From the human T2T-CHM13v2.0 reference genome, Homo sapiens, in assembly GCF_009914755.1 (NCBI RefSeq), contig NC_060936.1: DNA of 64,000 nt; one strand, 5' to 3'. Position 1 is the first letter of the stretch; the number at the start of each line of letters is the position of its first letter. This document shows, piece by piece, positions 53,131-64,000 of the stretch. The position numbers were made by a program, and so were the translations under genes. A model generated the notes under the pieces. That model saw nothing but the letters and a program-made list of their open reading frames with translations. It had not been told where the DNA came from and did no database searches.

Positions 53131-53206
53131 AGATAATTCATTATTAGAAGTTAATTCATTATTAGAAAGATAATTTATTATTAGAAGGTAATTCATTATT
53201 AGAAAG
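53131..53206. repeat. Tandem repeat, 4 x ~18-19 bp (TAATTCATTATTAGAA core)
   Basis: Read directly. Confidence 0.9.
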
Positions 53207-53419
53207 AACAAAACGAGTCTTTTTTAATAAAAGAATAAATAAATTTAAATGTATTGAACTTTTATTGTTGTATGTCATGTAGGGTAATTTTGTATACATG
53301 TTGCATTTTACAAGACTTAAATCGTGTAATTTTATATACATCTTGTAGGGTAATTTTATATACATTTTATAAGGTAATTTTATATATATTATGCATTTAA
53401 TTCTTGTAAGTAGCCCTCT

Positions 53420-53990
53420 GCCTTAGCCAGTTCGAGCTGCTATTAACAAAATATCTTATCTTGGGTAATTTATAAATAATATAAATGGATTTGTCATAGC
53501 TCTGGAGGCTGGAAAGTTGAAGATTGAGATGGTACCAGATTTGGGGTTGAGTGAGAGCCCATTCCAAACAGACAATTTCTCCTGGCTTCTCTCTCATGAG
53601 GCAGAAGTATGAAAGAAAGATGAACATTGAGTCCCTACATGTCAAAAGAGATGGAACAGCTCAGCAGCCTTTGGGAGCTTCTTTTTGTAGGGAAATTGAT
53701 CCCATTCATGAAAGCAGAGTCCACACGACTTAGTCACTTCCCCCAAAGACTCCATCTCTTAATACTATTGCATAGGGAATTAAGTTTCAACATAAATTTA
53801 TTTTGTAGAGACATAAACATTCAAACTATAGCATTCTGTCCCTGGTCATCCCCCGAAATATATGGTCTTCTCACATACTAAGTACATTTATTTCATCTCC
53901 CAAATCCCAAAGTCTTAACTCATTCCAGCATCCACTTTAAAATCTAAATCCAAAGTCTTATCTAAATATCATCAAAATCAGATATGGTGT
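53420..53990 (-). mobile_element. MST/MLT1A LTR plus adjacent internal sequence
   Basis: ctctggaggctggaaagt..ataaacattcaaactatagca, then aaagtcttaactcattccagcat. Confidence 0.7.
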
Positions 53991-54939
53991 GGCCAATTTT
54001 CTAATATTGAACCATCTTTAACATCCTCATCCTCTTTCAACGTGGTTTATTATTCTTTTAGCATACTGTTCGTTTGTTTATGTACTATTGAATAGTTTCC
54101 CTAACAGAGTATCCTTGCTGTCCTATATATTTTGTTTAATGAAACTCAGAATGAATTCAGAAACTTGTTGTTTCCTGTACTTAAAAAATCTAAAAAAGAA
54201 TTATGTGCTTTTTAATGATAAAGATTAGATATTAAAATTTTCTGTATTCAGCGACATTGGAGGTGATAATGAGAGGTAGCTGGAGACAGTTACATATCAA
54301 ATTCTTTTGCTTCTTAGGGTTATTTTCTATTCAACTTTGCCTCAGCAACTTGAGTTAAATTTGGTAGTCTATATTATCTGACAATAATACTGATATTGCT
54401 GGAATTTTTACAATCAGAACAGAGTTTTACTCAAATTTCTTGCCCTTTAAAGTACATTATGCTGCACCCTTTATGAAATCCACTCAAGTTTTTAAAAAGA
54501 ATGGTGAACGACTTAGGGAGGAAGAGAGCTGAGCAATGAAAAAAGAGGAGAAAAGAGCATAGTGAGTTTTATAGAGAAGAGATCTAGAACTACATTTATG
54601 TCCCTAGAAACCAGGATTAATAGTTTTGGAAATTTTAAGAATTCCCCAGCACTTGCAACTCCCTCTCATTTGTTATATATTCCTTGTTTTCCTAGAGTTA
54701 CAAGAATATCAATGAAAGATGTAAAAATAATTTTAAGAATTTGCATTTGTGCTATGCAATCTAGGACAGAAGGGGAACAATGGAACTCTTTCTCCTTGGC
54801 AGCTGGCTTTATTAAGATAAAGGAGGAGGGAAGCCTGCTGGAAGCATCAATGAGCAAGAGTCCCAGATATTCTTAGATTGTATTAATGGCCCTCAAATTC
54901 TAGACTCAGAAACACCCACAAAGAGAAGCAACAATCAGA

Positions 54940-55043
54940 AATTGCATGCTATTAATATTTTATTGGTATACTGAAGAAAGAGTTATGACCACATTATTTC
55001 AATGTCATGGCTTTCTGAAGGAAGTTATCTTCTTATTTATTTT
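54940..55043 (-). other. PRR4: PRR4 exon 4 (3' UTR); poly(A) signal AATAAA at 54959-54964
   Basis: Acceptor ttttttttttgtttcAG at 55045-55044; non-coding last exon as in PRP genes. 3' end approximate. Confidence 0.8.
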
Positions 55044-56155
55044 CTGAAACAAAAAAAAAAACCAAGGAAATTTATACACAACATACAACATGGCAAAACT
55101 TATCTAATTCCTTGATGATATTACTGAAGTAAATTATTGCTTTCAAGATTAAGAAAACAGATTTTTTTATGGTGTTTATGTTTTGGTTACTGTTCAAAAC
55201 ATTCAAGGTTATATTTATGAAAATGACTGCAACTTGAACCTGTAGTAGTGAAAAACTAATACAAGCCTACATATCAATTAACAGTGGTTGACTGAGGAAA
55301 TCATGGTACAGTCACACAAGAGAATAGTATACAATTGTAACAACAAAAGAAAAATGTACAAATAAATCACCAAGAAGATCTATAGGTCTCCGTGAAATGA
55401 TAAAGTTGTCTAAGACATGTATTATTTGAAATAAGCAAATACAGATCTGCATATAAAATAATATGTCATTTGTGGGAAAAATAATGACGTATGCTTATAT
55501 ACATATAAATATTTCCAGGAGGATGTTCAAAAAATTAAGGGTGGTGACTTTTGGTGAAGGGTGTGGGTAAGTAGGATAAGGCGTCACTTTAAGATTTAGC
55601 TTCATACCATTCTGTTCAGTTAGATTTTTTTTTCCTTGAGCATGTACTAATTTCAAAATAAGTATTTTAAAAATTAAATAAGATATAAGAGCATCAAGTT
55701 CAAGTATCATTTAGCAGGGACACTGGACCTGAGAGGCTAGTGTGAGGCAGGACTGAGCAAAGAGTCCTCTGGCGGAAACCTGAGAGAAACCTGAGATGGA
55801 GAGTCCTTGGGTTTGAGAAGGCAGACTCAAAGACAGGAGGCAGAGCACCAAAGGGAGAGCACACCCCACTTCCTCATTACCAACTCATTTTAATGAGACA
55901 AGTCATCTTAAGAAAAAAGTTGGGGAGGTCAGTATTTCAAAAGATAAGAATTCTTTGAACCACTTGTTAAAAATACAAGGACTTGCAACCTTATCCAAGA
56001 ATATCTGAATACAAATCTTTAGAAATGGGGTCCAGGATTATGTAATTTCAACATATTTCCAATTGATTTGTGAACACGATAAAGTTTGGGAATGGTAGCA
56101 GTTTGGGCATTTAATGGAGAATGAACTGGAATCATACCTGCCACTGAATTCTAGA

Positions 56156-56460
56156 TTACCAGAGTGGTTGCTCCTGGGGATGTCTTGCTGGTCTGTCCCT
56201 CCGGAAGAATGATGATGCTTCCTGCAGGCTGACAGAAGGAAATCGGGGTAGAGAGAGTTGACGGTGTCCTCGTCGGGGTGGTCGTTGCTGATTTTGAAAA
56301 GGAGGTGGGGGAGGATGGCGGTGATGGCCTCCTGGTTTTGGTGGTCTCTGCTGAGGACCATCATCTTGGTTACCACTATCACCAGGGGGTCTAGGTAGGA
56401 GTCCTTCAGGAGGAGGTCTCTGGGGTCCCTGATCTGGTCTCTGACTTGAGTCCTCTACAT
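56156..56460 (-). CDS. PRR4: PRR4 exon 3 coding part (exon extends to 56138)
   Basis: Acceptor cacAG at 56462-56461; (D)VEDSSQRPDQGPQRPPP..PQEQPLW*; donor GTATGA at 56137. The spliced CDS is 64+36+305 = 405 nt = 134 aa. Confidence 0.96.
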
Positions 56461-57464
56461 CTGTGTGAGTAATTAATGGACAAGAATGCATGAGCTCAGT
56501 GAAGAAAAACTCTCCTCTCTTTATACTTCTCTCACCTTACCACACAGCCCTGTTCTCCCCAAACCTGCTGCTTGACTGTCAACTTCTTTTGTGCCCACTG
56601 TTTTTTTTTTCTTTTTATGCAGCTCTCAACTTAATCCATGTAAGAGTGATATGGAAAGTCTCATTTATTTGCTCCTGTGACAAGTATGTTTCCTTAAATG
56701 AAAAGAGGGGTTCTTGCATATCTTAGAGTTGCCAGAGGATGTCTCCAAGGACAGAAAAAAAAAAAAAAGCAAAAGCATTATAGCTTTCAGTTATGTTACT
56801 GGTTATTTTTTATTTTTATTTTTTGGTTGCTGTAATGACTTACAAACTGTGACTCCATCTCTGGGCACCTAAGCCCTATGTGGAAACTAGAGCTGATTTC
56901 CCAGGCTCCTGGAACCAAGTAGAGAAATACTAAGAGACAGAAGAGAAAGACAATGTGAAAGCCTGCACATGATCACTAAACAGCTGTGGCAACTATTTAT
57001 CATCTGTAGTGACACAGCTGAGTGGGTCAACACAGAGAAAAGACATTCATGCACTGATTTTTTTGTTTTGTTTTGTGTTACTCCCTGAAGCCACATAACC
57101 GTGCAAGGGAACACTGGGGGAAGAAAGAAGCAGTTAAGGATGGAGGAGTCAGAATGAGAACACTTCTCATTTGTTCATCATCTCTCAGCAGTCATTCCAG
57201 CCTGGGAAAAAAGCCTGCCCACTCCTATTGTCCTCAAAGCCAGGCATCTCTGTATTCAAGTTGGTGGCCTGGCTCATGGTCCCCAGAATCAAAGATGGGT
57301 AAGAATTGCCTATATATTTAGGGGCACTAATATTAATCAATGCCTGACCCCTCTTACCACCTCCTCCCAAAAAAATGATGAGAAGAAGACACTGAAGGAA
57401 ACTAAAAAGAAATTCTAGTGGAAAAAGGAAGAAAAGAATTGGATTGAGGATCATTGGGATTTAC

Positions 57465-57500
57465 CTGGTATGGTGAAAGTAAAGTCTTCATAGTTCACAT
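57465..57500 (-). CDS. PRR4: PRR4 exon 2 (36 nt; DVNYEDFTFTIP)
   Basis: cttttcctAG acceptor, GTAAAT donor; symmetric phase 1. Confidence 0.95.
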
Positions 57501-58466
57501 CTAGGAAAAGAAGCACAGGATGAAGTGAACATTACCTCATAAATCTTTCAGGGCTCATAGTGGTCTATAGGGAAAGGGGTCTTCTGGCCACACCCTGTGC
57601 ATCCCCTAAGTTACCTCATCAACCATGTTCTGTGAAGCTGCTGGAAGGGGAGGAAGATGTTAGGGGAGGCAGGATTGTTACTATCGCTGAGCATCAACCA
57701 CGAATTCAATAGAAGAGTCCCTTTTTGTCATCCTTAGGATCCCTCAAACCCTAATGCTAATTTAGGCACACTTCTCTGGGTATTTTCATGTCATATTTTA
57801 GATCTTTACCTTCTTCCTTCTTTAAATATTTTGATCATATTCACAAGCTTGCCCAAGAGGAGCAACCAGGAGTAAATATTTGGATATAATCTTACACATA
57901 CTGCCTGCAACATATTGAAATTTTAAATGTGATTGGAAGAAAAATGGGAATTTGGGGACCTGATATTTCTATACCACTATGTAGAAAGACACAAATGTAT
58001 TATCCAGTCCTCTATGTCTGACAGTACTCTGATGTTTGTTTATCTCTTTCATTGATTCTGCATCCCCTGTACAGCAAGGACACCATCATCGCTGTCCACT
58101 GAGATTACTGTAGCATCTTCATAGCTGGACTTCCCTGGATCAGTCTTGCATTCTCCACTGCATCCTTCACAGCACAGCCAGGTCTTTCTAAAAATACAAA
58201 TCTTACTTTGTCATTCCTCTAATTGAAATTCTCTATTGGGTTCCAAGTGTATATCAAATAAAGTATAAGGCCTTGGCATGGAATGAGGGCACAACAGATG
58301 TCATCCTTGGAATGAGAGCTCCAAAGCCCTACCCTTCTTCTCAACCTCCTTCCTCCCCTCCTGCTCTTCCGCTGCAGTGGTGTAGGGTGAACCCCTGAGG
58401 CCCTAGAAGAGTCATGGCCCCTCATCCCACTCCCCATCTCCTTTTTTAAAAAAATAATTTTTTTAC

Positions 58467-58530
58467 CATTATCTGTGCTCTGAGCTGAGCTCAGAGCCAG
58501 AAGGACCACTGAGAGCAGGACCAGCAGCAT
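58467..58530 (-). CDS. PRR4: PRR4 exon 1 coding part (signal peptide MLLVLLSVVLLALSSA-QSTDN)
   Basis: ATG at 58530, GT donor at 58466; joins in frame to exons 2-3 to give the lacrimal proline-rich protein. Confidence 0.96.
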
Positions 58531-58589
58531 CTTGAAGGAGGCTCTGGAGTTGCTCCCAACTCTGCGTTGAGAGAAACATGGCAGCTCCC

Positions 58590-58595
58590 TTTATA
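58590..58595 (-). promoter_or_regulatory. PRR4: PRR4 TATA box (TATAAAGGG)
   Basis: TATAAA about 60 bp upstream of the ATG, consistent with a short 5' UTR. Confidence 0.8.
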
Positions 58596-60944
58596 AACAT
58601 GAGCAGAACAATGGCACCTTTGAGCTCCATACTGGGTGGACCTCACCACCTGAAAGATTAGGTTTTGCTTTCCTCTCATAAAGTTGAATGCGTCTCTTAT
58701 TACTTTTTGGGATTTTAGCCCAGCAGGATGTGGTGGTAGGATGTGGTTAGGTACAAACTGTGACTTGAGCATAGTTTCTGAAGAAACAGTATCCAAGCAA
58801 TCAGCACAAATACTACAATTGAAGTTTGGTCATCATTTGATTTTCAATTGGGTTAGACAGTTAGTCTTTCCCCTTCATTGGTTGTCTGTGTGCACACGTG
58901 CTTACGTTTGTATATGTTTGTCAGCAGTGATCTTATAGCCAGAAGTGAAAATGATTAATATCTCTAGCTATTAGTGTAGCATAAATTCCATTTTTATAGC
59001 GTATATACCTATATGGATGATATGTAGCTTAATTTCATAATAATATAGAGATCATTTCTGTTTAATGTTGAGTTGTGTGAGGACAACACACACTTGGGCA
59101 CACGTGGATGACAGAAGTTTTACCCTCAGGCTACTCTGGCCCAAAGAGATTAAGATTCTCCTAATCTAGCATTAACCAGAGATACTTTATTGTTGTAGAA
59201 CACAGGTATTAAAACATTCTATCTTTATTAATATCCTGGAGGTTAGTAAGGCAAAATTGGCCACAGAAAGCACCATTAGATTTCTGCATCAGAACAGTGT
59301 GAATACACAGTTCCTTGAACAAGCCATGCTATTTTATGTCCCTAAGACTTCTTCCATGATCTTTCTCTTTTCTAGAATGTTCTATATGATTCAGTTTAGG
59401 TCTTACTTCTTGTACCAAATATTTTAATCACACTGGTTATTGAGTGGACACAATAATACAATCTAATTAGATAGTATGATAGCCTGTTGAAAGCCTCAAG
59501 TATTACATTGATTTTCTATTTTTTAATTAGTTTCCATTCTATTTGCTTCTCAGATTGCCTTTACCAAAGATTATTTTCTCTGCAATATTCTTATACTCAT
59601 TCTTCTTCACTCTTGTGCTGAACCTTACTTGTTGATATGTTATATTGTGAATCAATCCTCCCTATGTCTATGTTTTATATCTTACTGCTTTCTTCATGCG
59701 TTCTGGGAGAAATCTTTATTTGATTTTCTAAACAAGGTTCTGTACTTCTCTTTGCTTGCTTTCTTCTTTTTTGTTTTTAAAATTTGGCACCAAGGTTTTG
59801 TGTTTCTGAAAAGTTTGGTAGGGTCCTGAGTTGGTAGCTTAATCTTCACCTGCTGATTTTTCTGTCCTATCTAGTAGTTTTCTGCTTATATTTTCATGGA
59901 ACCCCTAGATCAATCAGTATCACCAGCTGCCACTTTTCATTACAGGCGTTGTATAGGTCTCGTATTATTGTTACATTTTTGTACAGGGCTGGTGATAATT
60001 TGAGGATAGCTTGGTTGGAAGTATGACAGGGTCGGGGGAATGTGACTGGAAATCTTAAAGACAGGCCTCTTGACCATTGTGGATAAGTGGATCCTGTGCT
60101 GTGCAGATGAAGGTCTGGTCTGGCAATTCTGAAGGGTTGGAGGTAATATTACAGGAAGATTTTCTAATCAATGGTGTTTGTTATGGATAACTTTACTTTG
60201 GCAAAGTGACCAAAAAATAAATATTTTCTCTGGCATAATTATGGACATATTTTGAAGGTGAAATATATTATGAGTTAGCAATTCTTCTCTATGTGGGAAG
60301 CAGAAGAGTTCTAGCTGTGCTTTAGGGTTTTATGGGTGAGAGAGAGTAGTTGTTTGGGCCTACAGACCCAGCTGTGTTACTAGGATTGCTGCCTCTGATT
60401 TCACCAGACACTGTTTAACATGGGAAGTGGAGATAAGTAGTTCTGCCTAGGTGGCTTATGGTAGACCATCAGGTAGGAAAGGAAGGTCAGCGAGAAGGAG
60501 CAGAGGGGCGTGCCATGCAGACATGATTCACTGTGTGGGTGGCTTAGGAAACTGCAGTCCTGGTGGAAGGCAGGCTTCTCCTTGGCTGGTGAGTGCAGGA
60601 AGACAACAGGTGATGCCTGCAAATATCACTCAGCTCAGACCCTTACCCTGACATTCTCCAGTGTAAGCAATGAGAGAAAGAGATTAATGTATCAGGAAAT
60701 AATAAACATCAGCTATGATCTCACCACACACAACCACAACAGAGGTGACGGAGGAGCTGAAGCAGACACTGTCAGTGAGTGAGGGTGGGGTCAAATCGAG
60801 AAGCAGGACTGCAGCAGGAGCTTAGGCACTTGTAGGTGAGTGGACACTCTCAGCAATCCACTTGCCTTTTACAACAGATGAAAACTTAACATACCCCTAA
60901 TATAATTCTTGATTTCTACTTCCTAAAACCTGCTCTCCTTCATA

Positions 60945-61350
60945 CTAATTTGTTATGGCTACCCTAAAAAAATGCCCCACAAGTGGCTTAAACAACAGAA
61001 ATTTACTTTCTCATAGTTCTGGAGCTTGAAGTACAAGATTAAGGTGTCAACAGGTTTGGTGTCTTCTGAGGCCCTGTCTCCTTCACTTCTAGATGGCCGG
61101 TTCTTGCTGTATCTTCACATGGGGTTTTATCTGTAGACGTGCATCCCTGGTACCCCTCTGTGGTCTGTGCTAATGTTCTTTTCTTATGAGGACAGGTGTC
61201 AGATGGGATTAGCACCAACCCTATCAGCTTCATTTTAACCTAATCACCTCTTTAAAGGCCATGCTGCAAATAGAGTCACATTCAGTGGTATCGGGGGTAA
61301 GGGATTCAACATGAGAGTTTGGAGGGAACACAATTTAGCTGATAACACCT
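60945..61350 (-). mobile_element. MLT1 (B/C-like) solo LTR
   Basis: ggcttaaacaacagaaatttactttctcatagttctggag..ggagggaacacaatt motifs. Confidence 0.75.
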
Positions 61351-61659
61351 CACAATCTTTTCTCAGTTCATGACATTTGTTTCACTCAACCATTCAAAAA
61401 CATAAGTGTCACTCTTGATTGTTTAGTCTCCTCCGTGTACTGCCCTTAGCAAATCCAATTGGTTCTACCTTCAAAAGATATCCCATATATGATCAGTTTC
61501 ATAATCTCTATCAGAAGGCCCTGAGTCAAGCCATGATTCTCCCTCCTGGAGGACTTTCAACAGTCTCCAGCTGATCTTGGTGACATTCCTGCCCCTCACC
61601 ACATCCCATGCAGTTCTCCTTACAACAGCCAGAGTGATCTTTTAAAAATAGAATTTAGA

Positions 61660-63965
61660 ACATCAGCAAGATGGCTGACTAGAGTTCCCTGGCACTCATT
61701 TCCCCACAAAAAGAAATCAAGAAAACAAACAATTTTATGTCAGCCAGTGTGATTTAAAAAGTATGCTGGAGACCACCAGGGGAACAGAAACACCTCTGTG
61801 AAGTACAGAAACTCAATATAGCATCCTGCCTCTGACATACTCTCTCTTCAGTCAAGGTTGGCTCAGGGTCATCAGTAACTCCATTCTACAGGAAAAAGTA
61901 AGCTGTAGTTCCCCAGTGGTCCACATTGCCATAAAAAATGTCAACAATCTTTGCCCCACTGTTCTCACTGGCACAAAAACCAGTCTGGAGAGCAGTTGGG
62001 ATTTCCAAACTGCATTGCCTTACATAGTAAGAGACCACCTTGAGCACCCTCTGCCCCTGCAATGTAAGGTGCTATGGCTCAGTGCCATCTCCAAACTGAA
62101 CCTACATAGAGAGTGTGTCTTGCTTTGAGCATCAGTAGCACCTGGCTCTCTATCACTTGAGGCCCCACCATCATTCCAACACATTCATACAGGTATCTGC
62201 AGCACCATGACCCTAGCTTCCCAGAGCCTAGCCAGATAAACTAATCAAGACCCCGGCATCCGAACCCATGTGGTGCACCACCAATCCAGGGAAGAAGTGA
62301 ACAGCAGGGAAGCCTCCCATCTGCCTACTAGCCACGACACCCACATGCACCCACACCTCACAACCAGCTAGTCTGCTGAGCCTGTGCATGCTGGTGCCCA
62401 GCCTGAAAACTGGTCCTGTGGTGGGCCCACCCCCAGGACTACAGCCTGCTTGGGCCACAACAACTCTGAGTTTGTGCATGGTCTAATAATTGGTCCTGCA
62501 GTGACCCTGCCTCCTCAGATGGGACTCTGCAGAGATGGATGGCCCTGCTACACCTGTGAGCACTGACAGCAACCCGCCCACCCAGCAGGAAGACCGCAGT
62601 GCATGTAAGTGCACACACCTTGAGAAAAGGCTCTTCCCACTGCTGCTGGTGGCACAGTTGCTGCTGTCACCACCGGGGGCTGCAGCAGTGAAATGCCAGT
62701 TGGACCCAGCAAAGTGGCAGGATCCTCAGCATTCTAGCATATGCAGTGTTCTGCACCTCAGGCACTGGAAAGGCTGTGAACCAGACATAGGGAGCCAAAG
62801 CACATGCTTTCCAGAACCAGAGAGCTGCCTCCCTGTGGCTGCTGACACAGACAGCAATGTCACCCCCGCAACACAGCAGCAGAGATGCTGCACACTTGCA
62901 TGCAACCTGGGGACAGGCCCTCTCCATCTGCTGCTGAGTCTGCTGATGCAGCTGGGGGCCAGAGCATGTGCCACTGGCAGTGACCTGACTTCCACCAGCA
63001 GCAGAGCCACTGTGAACTTGCACGTACCCTGAGGACTGGCTTATGCTGCTGCCAGAAGCCAAAGTGTGCTCCACATTGCCAGAGAGCTGCCTGCTAGTGG
63101 CTGCTGCCACTGACAATAACCACACCCTGCCCTAGCAGCACAGCTGCAGCAAATTTGCATGTGCCTCGAGGACAGGCTTTCTTCAGGTATTGCTCCTGCT
63201 ATTGGGAGATCCAAGGATTACCCCATCCAACTTACCACAGCCAACATCCATGTACATAACTAGGGGGACTGAGGACAGGCCTGCCAAGCCTGGTTCCATC
63301 ATCCCAGTGCCCAGGCACACTACCCAGGGGTGTGGCAATCATCCTGCTTTGTCCACCACCACTGGCATTTGCACATTCCTTTAGGAGGACTGAGAATGGG
63401 CCCAACCAGCCTGACAGTAGCACTGTAGCCAGAAACAATATGCATGCAACATCTGAAGGTCTGGAGACTGGCCCCCAGCCCATCACAACCACCTCTAACA
63501 CCAGAGCTTGCAACTTGAGAATCTGAGGGTTGTCCAACCAAGCTACAGAAATTGCCCATGGCAAGCACATTCCCAGAGGCCTAAAGGCCCACCCACCCTT
63601 TCAGCCTACCATTGCAACTGCTAGTACCCAGGTAAGCTACTTAAAGCCCCCAGAATTGTTCTGCTTAAAGCTGCTAAAACTGGTACAAACATATGTTGCC
63701 TAGGTGCCAAATATAGGCACTCTCAGCCCACTGTTACCCCTACTGGGGCCCAAGAACTGGCCCACCTAAAATCTCTGTCCCCAGGAAAACCTCACTACAG
63801 CCTCCAATCACAACTACAGCCTAAGCCACTGAGGAAGTCACAGACACCACTTATGCTGTTAATAGCTGAAGGAATAATATAAGACCACCTTACTGTACAC
63901 ACACAGAATCAAAGCCAAAGTGTCCTACTGAATCAACACCACAGATACATCTTCAGAAAGAAAAG
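61660..63965 (+). mobile_element. Old L1 5' UTR (GC-rich, internally repeated monomers)
   Basis: Starts with caagatggctgactag (L1 5'/YY1-like core), contains repeated ctgccactgacagca..ttgcatg..gaggacaggc units, and ends near acagatacatcttcag. An MST LTR start follows at ~63970. Confidence 0.7.
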
Positions 63966-64000
63966 TTAATGTTTTGGATCTATGTCACTGCCCAAATCTC

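Noticed and set aside
53131-53206. Regularly spaced direct repeats resembling a CRISPR array
   Set aside because: No unique spacers, no cas genes, and the DNA is mammalian.
56156-56491. 111-aa ORF with an ATG at 56491
   Set aside because: The ATG is intronic; the real exon starts at 56460.
58219-58530. 103-aa ORF starting MLLVLLSVV
   Set aside because: It is PRR4 exon 1 read through the GT donor into intron 1.
60380-60850. GC-richer block about 2 kb upstream of PRR4 with a - strand donor-like CAGG|GTAAGG near 60645
   Set aside because: It could be an enhancer, a read-through exon or an old LTR, but no acceptor, homology or other support is visible from sequence alone.
62228-63570. Cluster of overlapping 60-165 aa ORFs on both strands
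   Set aside because: GC-rich, stop-poor L1 5' UTR monomer repeats; no coding signature.

Overview
Human-type genomic DNA: AT-rich and dense in Alu, L1 and MaLR repeats. It is recognisable as the TAS2R7-TAS2R10/PRR4 end of the chromosome 12p13 bitter-taste-receptor / proline-rich-protein cluster. It holds four intact intronless genes (TAS2R7, TAS2R8, TAS2R9, TAS2R10) and the four-exon lacrimal gene PRR4, all on the - strand, plus two separate decayed TAS2R pseudogenes at about 40.1-41.1 kb and 44.0-44.5 kb. The most interesting signals outside the ORF track are: (1) a + strand copy of a proline-rich-protein (PRP) first exon at about 7.2-7.3 kb, with candidate downstream acidic micro-exons, i.e. 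a hidden PRP-family gene or relic; (2) a perfect POU octamer (ATGCAAAT) 245-300 bp upstream of all four intact TAS2Rs that is mutated at the equivalent position in both pseudogenes; (3) a 1.3 kb GC-richer insertion with a poly(T) end, flanked by a ~170 bp L1 duplication; (4) a 35-nt U2 snRNA retrofragment with target-site duplications; (5) an orphan ERV-L gag fragment next to the TAS2R9 promoter. Repeat subfamily names, allele names and orthology statements come from recall and need RepeatMasker/BLAST/dbSNP confirmation.
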